IMG/VR virus record: IMGVR_UViG_3300031759_000012 | DNA from: an uncultured virus (IMG/VR IMGVR_UViG_3300031759_000012) | Lineage: Duplodnaviria; Heunggongvirae; Uroviricota; Caudoviricetes | Reading direction: 5' to 3' (one strand) | Length of the DNA stretch: 64,000 bases | Shown here: piece after piece, positions 57,693 to 64,000 of the stretch | How positions within the stretch are numbered: the first letter of the stretch is position 1 | Layout: each line of letters begins with the position of its first letter | Program-made: the position numbers and the translations under genes | Notes under the pieces: generated by a model | The model's input: only the letters and a program-made list of their open reading frames with translations | What the model was told of the DNA's origin: nothing | Databases searched by the model: none

Positions 57693-58636
57693 CAAAAGTT
57701 GTTACAATCACTGGGTGTCTAGGATTTATTGGTAGTTATGTAACAAAAACTTGTCTGGAAAAGGGGTGGCAAGTTTTTGGTGTTGATAGCCAAACATATG
57801 CTGCTAATACAGCCTTACTTGAAGATTTTAACGCCTATAAAAATTTTCGTTACTCATCACAAAACATATGTAATTTGAATAGTTTGTATGACTGCGACTA
57901 TATTATAAACCTAGCAGCAGAAACACATGTTGATAATAGTATTGCATGTAGTGACGAATTTATACGTAGTAATATAGATGGTGTACACAATCTACTACGA
58001 TTGATTCAAAACAAGCACAGGTTTAGAATGCCTACACTTGTGCATTTTAGCACAGACGAAGTTTATGGCGATATAAACGAAGGTAGTCACTATGAACACG
58101 ATCTATTGCTACCTAGCAATCCTTATTCGGCAACCAAAGCTAGCGCCGATATGCTGATTCAAGCATGGCATAGAACTTTTAGAGTTCCATATCTTATAGT
58201 ACGTCCAACTAACAATTATGGCATCGGACAGTATATTGAGAAGTTCATTCCTAAAACTGTTCAATATCTAACACTAGGGAGAAAAGTACCACTGCATGAA
58301 AATGGAACACCAAAACGAACTTGGCTACATGCACAGGACACTGCAGATGCGTTGATATTTTTGCTAGAAAAAGATTGTAAGAATGACATCTTTAATATTT
58401 CAGGTAATTACGAAGATAGTAATCTTGCAATTTTTAAAAAAATCTTAGCTTGTTTAGATTACAATCCAGATGAATTTGAAACCTATGCCGACTTTTCTGT
58501 AAAGCGGCCTGGACAAGATGTTCGTTATAGCATAGATGATACAAAATTAAAGCTTTATGGATGGAATAACAAAAAAGATTTTGATACAGAATTACCTGCT
58601 ATTGTAAACTATCATAAAAATAGGTTTATCTGGTGA
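57689..58636 (+). CDS. rmlB: dTDP-glucose 4,6-dehydratase-like
   Basis: TGCLGFIG, AAETHVDNSI, STDEVYG, PSNPYSATKA, RPGQDVRY. Confidence 0.88.
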   Translation: MTKVVTITGCLGFIGSYVTKTCLEKGWQVFGVDSQTYAANTALLEDFNAYKNFRYSSQNICNLNSLYDCDYIINLAAETHVDNSIACSDEFIRSNIDGVHNLLRLIQNKHRFRMPTLVHFSTDEVYGDINEGSHYEHDLLLPSNPYSATKASADMLIQAWHRTFRVPYLIVRPTNNYGIGQYIEKFIPKTVQYLTLGRKVPLHENGTPKRTWLHAQDTADALIFLLEKDCKNDIFNISGNYEDSNLAIFKKILACLDYNPDEFETYADFSVKRPGQDVRYSIDDTKLKLYGWNNKKDFDTELPAIVNYHKNRFIW

Positions 58637-59346
58637 ATATAGCTTTACAAATAAGTGGTCGTTTACGTTTTACTGAACGAAGCATATCAAGTCTAATAGG
58701 AGCCATTATTGAACCGCTTCAGCCTGATATTTTTTTTAGTTTTTGGGAACCTAACCATTCGTCTACTTTAACATATTATACAACTGCTCTTAATCCCTGC
58801 TTAGTTGAGATTGAGAAGCAAAATTCAATTAAACCATACCTAGACGATCTGTTTCATTTTAATGTACACAAAAATATGCCAAGCATGAGCTATAAGTTCT
58901 ACCGCGTGAGTCAGATTAGAAAGACTTGGGAATTACGCACATCTAAAAAATACGACTTGGTAATTCAAGCACGAAGCGATAACTTGTTTTTTGAAATGCT
59001 AGACTTATCAAGATGCCAGCAAGCATTAGAACAAAACGCTATACTTTGCGCTAATCACGGGTATAATCCAGTAATCGACGATTTTAGTTTACATCCGCGA
59101 ATGGTTGATAATTTTTATATTGGACCAACAAATTGTATTGATATAGCCAATAACACGTTTTGGTCATTGAGATATCAAGCTGAGGAATATACAAAGTTGG
59201 GACTATTACACCACGTAAGAATTCCAGAAATTATTCAAACTAAAATCTGGCATGACGCAGGAATAACTATTAGCAGCTTAAATGGATCAGGTAGCTTGGG
59301 TAATTTTTGGTACGATATTGATAGATCAGAAACTAAATGGACTTAA
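58633..59346 (+). CDS. hypothetical glycan-related protein
   Basis: IALQISGRLR, YDLVIQARSD. Confidence 0.55.
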   Translation: MNIALQISGRLRFTERSISSLIGAIIEPLQPDIFFSFWEPNHSSTLTYYTTALNPCLVEIEKQNSIKPYLDDLFHFNVHKNMPSMSYKFYRVSQIRKTWELRTSKKYDLVIQARSDNLFFEMLDLSRCQQALEQNAILCANHGYNPVIDDFSLHPRMVDNFYIGPTNCIDIANNTFWSLRYQAEEYTKLGLLHHVRIPEIIQTKIWHDAGITISSLNGSGSLGNFWYDIDRSETKWT

Positions 59347-60317
59347 AAATGAAATTATTGTTTGTTGTGCATAGATACGGATTTCCAGGGGGCTCAGAAA
59401 TTTATGTTCAATCTATGGCGGAAGACGCGTCACGCCGCGGGCATCAAGTCTGCGTTTTCGCCGGCCAACATAAAGGTGACATGAATAATGTTTCTGTTTC
59501 AAATAACTCGGCAATTTTGCATCACGATTGGGATTTAATAATTGTACATGGAGGCGATGTTGCTGTGCAGGATTATGTTCTTGCAAACGCAGCAGTTATT
59601 AAAAGTCCTATATTGTATCTTTTGATTCTACCTAGCAATAGTAAATTGTGTTTACAAGCTTTAGCGGACTGTAACTGGATCGGATGTAGTACTGAAGAAG
59701 ATTGGGAACACTGTTATGCTAATAATGTTGCTCATAAAGCAGTGTCTGTAAGACACGGAATTAATTGGCAAACCTGTTTGGGCAATACTGGTTTCAAACA
59801 AAAATACGGCATTACAGGCAAGATGTTTTTAAGTTGTGGAGGGTATTGGCCAAATAAAGCTATGCATGAACTAGCTACTGTATTTGACATTGCAAATGTC
59901 AAGGATGCTACATTAGTAACCACAGGCTATGATAATAGAATGAATCTAATGCCGATGCCTACTCCTAATATTATGCCATTATTATTAGAAGATAGAAGCG
60001 AGATGTTGTCGGCCCTTCACGACGCAGACTGTTTGCTAATGCACAGCTATAGCGAAGGTTTTGGACTAGTGTTGCTTGAAGCCATGCTTAATCAAACACC
60101 CTGGATTGCGCGTAATATAGCAGGTGCCAAGCTACTAAAGCAATATGGCCAAACATATTCCACTGATGGTGAATTGATTTATCGGTTGAGAACATTTAAT
60201 AGGGAAGATTTTAATATACGTGCTGCATACGATCATGTATGCAACAATCATATGATATGGAACACTGTAGATGACATAGAACGTGTTGCAATAGAGTCAG
60301 CGCGGAATAGATATTAG
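59337..60317 (+). CDS. GT4 (GT-B) glycosyltransferase
   Basis: GGSEIY, SEGFGLVLLEAM. Confidence 0.85.
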   Translation: MDLKMKLLFVVHRYGFPGGSEIYVQSMAEDASRRGHQVCVFAGQHKGDMNNVSVSNNSAILHHDWDLIIVHGGDVAVQDYVLANAAVIKSPILYLLILPSNSKLCLQALADCNWIGCSTEEDWEHCYANNVAHKAVSVRHGINWQTCLGNTGFKQKYGITGKMFLSCGGYWPNKAMHELATVFDIANVKDATLVTTGYDNRMNLMPMPTPNIMPLLLEDRSEMLSALHDADCLLMHSYSEGFGLVLLEAMLNQTPWIARNIAGAKLLKQYGQTYSTDGELIYRLRTFNREDFNIRAAYDHVCNNHMIWNTVDDIERVAIESARNRY

Positions 60318-60318
60318 T

Positions 60319-61169
60319 ATGGGAACATTAAGTCAAGACTCTATTAATACTCTAGCGCACGTACGTATATCATCTAGATTTAGTTACACGACAAATCTTG
60401 ATCTTGTATTAATGGCCAATCAAGTAACCCTATATCAATTACCACCCGATGTTCTTGCGTAATTCAAACAAATCTGCAAACTCAACCTCAAGATTGGTAT
60501 TATAGAACACATCCAGTTAAGTATACTTTAAATACCAGAAGATTCCGCACAATTGAAATTGAACAAATTAATTTCGATAATACCATAGTGCTTTTAGGAG
60601 ACAATGCTATTTTTGGAATGGGACTGGACGATTCTGATACGTTAAGCTCACAATTAGAAAAAATTACTGGTATTCAATGCATAAATTTAGGTTGCTCGGC
60701 AACATCAGGGGGTAGTAATAATCTTACCCTTTTAAATGTCAAGGTTTTATTAAGTGAAGTGAAGCCAAAAGCAGTTGTTATCGGGTGGACAGACCTTGAT
60801 AGGTATGCATACAAACACATGTATATACCCACAGGTGCCTGGGTTCCTCTAAGTCCAACTACATTAGGTAATAATCCAACGAAAGATCCTGTTTTTCAAG
60901 CGCATCTTAATGACGGGACTATATTGCAGTTAGCACAACAATCTATTGCCGATGCACAAGATGTAATTACTTCAGCAGGTGTTCCTTGTATTCAATGCAC
61001 ATTTAGTGACTATACAAAATGGCCAGCAGCAACATTGCCGCTTCTTAATAGTTTAAAATACTATGCATCAACTGACCTAGCAAGAGATCTAAAATCCCCA
61101 GGCAGGAAAACCATAAGTTTTGCTGCTCAAGATATTGCACAGCAACTAAAAACATTGAACGTATGGTAA
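60319..61169 (+). pseudogene. SGNH-like hypothetical gene, frameshifted near 60460
   Basis: ATG 60319 frame stops at 60460-60462; the -1 frame continues QTNLQTQPQDWYYR...LLGD...INLG...VVIGWT to 61169. Confidence 0.5.
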
Positions 61170-61277
61170 GATTTTTTACAAAATCTCAAAATTTCTCTCA
61201 ATTCCTGTGTTGAAATTATCAGAAATAATACCTGTGTACAGGGTTACCTTACCTTCCGAAAAGTTTTCTGCCACGTC

Positions 61278-62327
61278 TTACTGACCCGGACCTCGACCAT
61301 CCTCGAAGTTTTCGTCTATGTAGTTTTCCCATTCGTCTGGATCGCCTGATAATTTTTGGAATTTTACATCGCCAGTTTCGAACTTTATATCAGGTATCTT
61401 GCTCCAAGAGTAGCCACCACCTTGTTCGTATACATGATATGGTATGTCAATCTCATAGATACCTTCGTCAAATTTTGCCACAACATATACATGTTGTTCC
61501 ATGGAACAACTTACTGGTGTGCAGTCTATTCCATTTTGACCTAATATATCACATATTCCATCTGCTATTATATGACAGATGCCTCCGCCAGCATATGTGT
61601 CACGATCTGATTCGTCCCAATCATCATATATTTTTTGTGCTTTGGCCAATATCTGCGGCATAAGGGCTTTTGCTTGATTTACAGAAGGTAGGTTTTGATT
61701 CTCAACATCGTCATGTTCAATATTTTCTCTTACGCTTTTGCTCTTTGTTGGCTCATGGCGTTGTCGTTTTTTTCTAGCAGCGCAATGGGCACGCTGGCTA
61801 AATCCTCGTGGATGGCTGCAATTGATGCTGCTCTTGTATTTCTTGCTCCAAGTTTCATCTAAAGAACCAGAAGCCTGTTTTGCTTCCCAGTCTATAAAAG
61901 TTTCTGCCAATTTATGACAAAAATCACGTATGGATGGATTGCTAGTTTCTATTATGTTGAAATTGCGCTGTTCTTCAGGCTGTGTAGGATCATCATACCC
62001 TGCATATACCTTGTGTATATTACTGCGATTAATCAAATCCGTGCAGCTTTCCAGATATCTATCACCCATGCGTTCACTGCAAGGGCTGCACGTGGTTATG
62101 CAAATGCTGCCATTGGGAATATCACCATGGAGTTGTTCATATTTCATCATAGCACATCTTTCCGCATGATGCCATTTACCACGGATTTTCATTCCTGTAC
62201 TGGAAACAAGCCTATTGTTGGGATCCAATATGGCCGCAGCAACCATGCCGTGTGTATTAGGATCCTGTTGCTGACCCTTAACAACCAGTTCACATAATTT
62301 TACAAGTATGCTATCCAACCGACACAA
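61278..62327 (-). CDS. multi-domain protein with an N-terminal cytidine-deaminase-fold domain, probably 5'-truncated
   Basis: HAE...SPC Zn motif; WSKKYK.SINC..P.GFSQRAHC module; further C-terminal domain. Confidence 0.7.
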   Translation of the reverse strand: MCRLDSILVKLCELVVKGQQQDPNTHGMVAAAILDPNNRLVSSTGMKIRGKWHHAERCAMMKYEQLHGDIPNGSICITTCSPCSERMGDRYLESCTDLINRSNIHKVYAGYDDPTQPEEQRNFNIIETSNPSIRDFCHKLAETFIDWEAKQASGSLDETWSKKYKSSINCSHPRGFSQRAHCAARKKRQRHEPTKSKSVRENIEHDDVENQNLPSVNQAKALMPQILAKAQKIYDDWDESDRDTYAGGGICHIIADGICDILGQNGIDCTPVSCSMEQHVYVVAKFDEGIYEIDIPYHVYEQGGGYSWSKIPDIKFETGDVKFQKLSGDPDEWENYIDENFEDGRGPGQ

Positions 62328-63193
62328 GTTACAAAAGCAAAGAAGAACTGGATTTGTTGAATTTTGTCAACACACAAATCAAGTGTAATGTAATAAGCGG
62401 TGATCGAGCAGTCATATATCCATACGAAATAGACATATACATACCAGATTTAAATATTGGTATCGAATACTGCGGACTATATTGGCATAGCGAGCGTAGC
62501 GGGAAAAAAAGCTGGAATTATCATTATAGAAAATGGGCAGCAGCTAGGAATGTAGGAATTGAATTGATCACCGTGTTTAGCGACGAATGGTTACATCAAA
62601 GGACAATAGTTGAAAATATCATAAGGTCCAAGCTTGGCACAGGGTTGAGGAATATCGGTGCACGCAAGTGCAGGGTAGTTATTCCATCTCGTCAATCTAG
62701 CATTGATTTTTATAACTCATATCATTTATTAGGATCTCCCACAAAACTTCCTATTAATATTGGATTAGAGCATCAAGGCGAGCTAGTAGCATTGATGAGC
62801 TTTGTAAAGGATTCTAACCATCGTTACGAGCTTATAAGATTTGCATCAAAAAACATGATACCTGGTGGTGCCAGTAGGTTGTTAACTTCGTTTGTTGATA
62901 CATATCACCCAGTATCAATCATTAGTTTCAGTGATAACAGATATAGCCAAGGTGATTTATATAAAAAATTAGGATTTGTGCAAGTTGGTACAGTACCCCC
63001 TATGCAACAATATGTAGAGAACTACACAATAAAACATCATAAATTAAGTCTTAATAAAGTGAAATTACAACAACTACATCCAGATATCGATTTAGATAAA
63101 ACGGAATGGCAAATTTTACAGGAATTAGGGTATGACAGGATTTGGGACTGCGGTAAAATCAAATGGGAGTTACAGCTAACGAGCACAAAATAG
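62303..63193 (+). CDS. Hef/Vsr-like homing endonuclease, apparently lacking its N-terminus
   Basis: YEIDIYIP.LNIGIEYCGLYWHSE, GARKC, GGASRL, SFSDNR, RIWDCG; frame open upstream of 62354 as QVCYP...SKEE. Confidence 0.7.
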   Translation, partial: QVCYPTDTSYKSKEELDLLNFVNTQIKCNVISGDRAVIYPYEIDIYIPDLNIGIEYCGLYWHSERSGKKSWNYHYRKWAAARNVGIELITVFSDEWLHQRTIVENIIRSKLGTGLRNIGARKCRVVIPSRQSSIDFYNSYHLLGSPTKLPINIGLEHQGELVALMSFVKDSNHRYELIRFASKNMIPGGASRLLTSFVDTYHPVSIISFSDNRYSQGDLYKKLGFVQVGTVPPMQQYVENYTIKHHKLSLNKVKLQQLHPDIDLDKTEWQILQELGYDRIWDCGKIKWELQLTSTK

Positions 63194-63221
63194 AAAACCC
63201 AGGATTTCTCCTGGGTTTTCT
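63192..63221. terminator. bidirectional terminator downstream of the capsid gene
   Basis: AGAAAACCCAGGA-TTTC-TCCTGGGTTTTCT. Confidence 0.8.
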
Positions 63222-63282
63222 TTAATGCCTTTTAAATTTTTATTTTCAACAAATCTTTGTAACCTGCTGAAAATAAAAGATT

Positions 63283-63999
63283 TTATAGGAATTTTAAATG
63301 AGACGTATTTATAGCAATTCCAGCTAGATAGTCAGCTGCGTTACCTAAGCTCGACGCAGTGTTATTCAGTTCAAGATAACCATAACGTGTCATGAATGAT
63401 ACAACTGGTTCGAATGTGCTTGGATCAATGATAACCCCTGAGCTTGTTAGCGGAACGTATGGGCAATAATAAGCAGCCGCATCAATTTCGCCAGGTCCTT
63501 TATAACCAACTAGAACGTTTGTATCGTCAGCAGCATACTGATCAACATACACTCTCATGCTGTTGTTTAGTGTGCCAACGAACTTGGTGTTAGTTGGGGC
63601 TTCGAAGGTACCTTCTGTGGTACGAGCGAATGCTGAAGTTGTAGCACTCTGTAGGATGGTAAGAGCAGTTGGGGAAACAACAACCCAGTTACCAGCACCA
63701 CGACGTGTACGTGCAGCAATCAAGTTTGCACCACGGTTGATCAGCACTGCTAGAGCAGCGTGTTCATCACCAACATATGTTGCAGTACCAGAAACAGCAC
63801 CTTGGTCATATGTTAGAGTAGTACCAGCTAGTGTACGCAGTGACACAAGAATTTCTTGGTCAATTTCTGCGGTAATTTCTTGAGCAAGAGCAGCCATAAT
63901 TTCTGCTTCAATGTCAATGCCTTGTTGTGCTTGAGCATCTTGTGCAGCTTCAAAGGTCCAACGAGCTGACAACTTACGTGTCTTAGCTTCAACTGTTTC
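63283..63999 (-). CDS. gp23: major capsid protein, 3' part (runs off the window)
   Basis: VEAKTRKLSARWTFEAAQD, EITAEID, RTRRGAGN, YYCPYVPL, FMTRYG. Confidence 0.95.
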   Translation of the reverse strand, partial: ETVEAKTRKLSARWTFEAAQDAQAQQGIDIEAEIMAALAQEITAEIDQEILVSLRTLAGTTLTYDQGAVSGTATYVGDEHAALAVLINRGANLIAARTRRGAGNWVVVSPTALTILQSATTSAFARTTEGTFEAPTNTKFVGTLNNSMRVYVDQYAADDTNVLVGYKGPGEIDAAAYYCPYVPLTSSGVIIDPSTFEPVVSFMTRYGYLELNNTASSLGNAADYLAGIAINTSHLKFL

Positions 64000-64000
64000 C

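Noticed and set aside
1..64000. CRISPR array, tRNA or rRNA genes
   Set aside because: No spaced direct repeats or cloverleaf-like sequence seen by eye, and intergenic gaps are short; a tRNA scan was not run.

Overview
This window is 64 kb of an AT-rich, large T4-like (myovirus, probably jumbo) phage genome. It holds a replication/recombination block (gp41/DnaB helicase, primase, a miniature DnaE-like protein, UvsW, UvsY, UvsX/RecA, gp32), packaging and virion genes (large terminase, gp4-like nuclease, tail tube, 1361-aa tail sheath, neck gp13/gp14, gp15, GH19 endolysin, 3' end of the major capsid gene) and two accessory enzyme operons: a desaturase/Rieske/PP-loop cluster at about 32.4-39.2 kb and a glycosylation/nucleotide-sugar cluster at about 51-61 kb. 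The most striking feature is that three core DNA-metabolism genes are fractured by four naturally split inteins, each with a free-standing endonuclease gene between the intein halves. gp41 and UvsW are each in two pieces. UvsX/RecA is in three pieces joined by two structurally non-interchangeable split inteins, one with an N-fragment of only 15 aa. Each interposed endonuclease has its own TAAATA late-promoter motif, and three of the four lie behind a hairpin that would hide their ribosome-binding site or start codon on read-through transcripts. All product calls come from motif recognition by eye; no database search was run.
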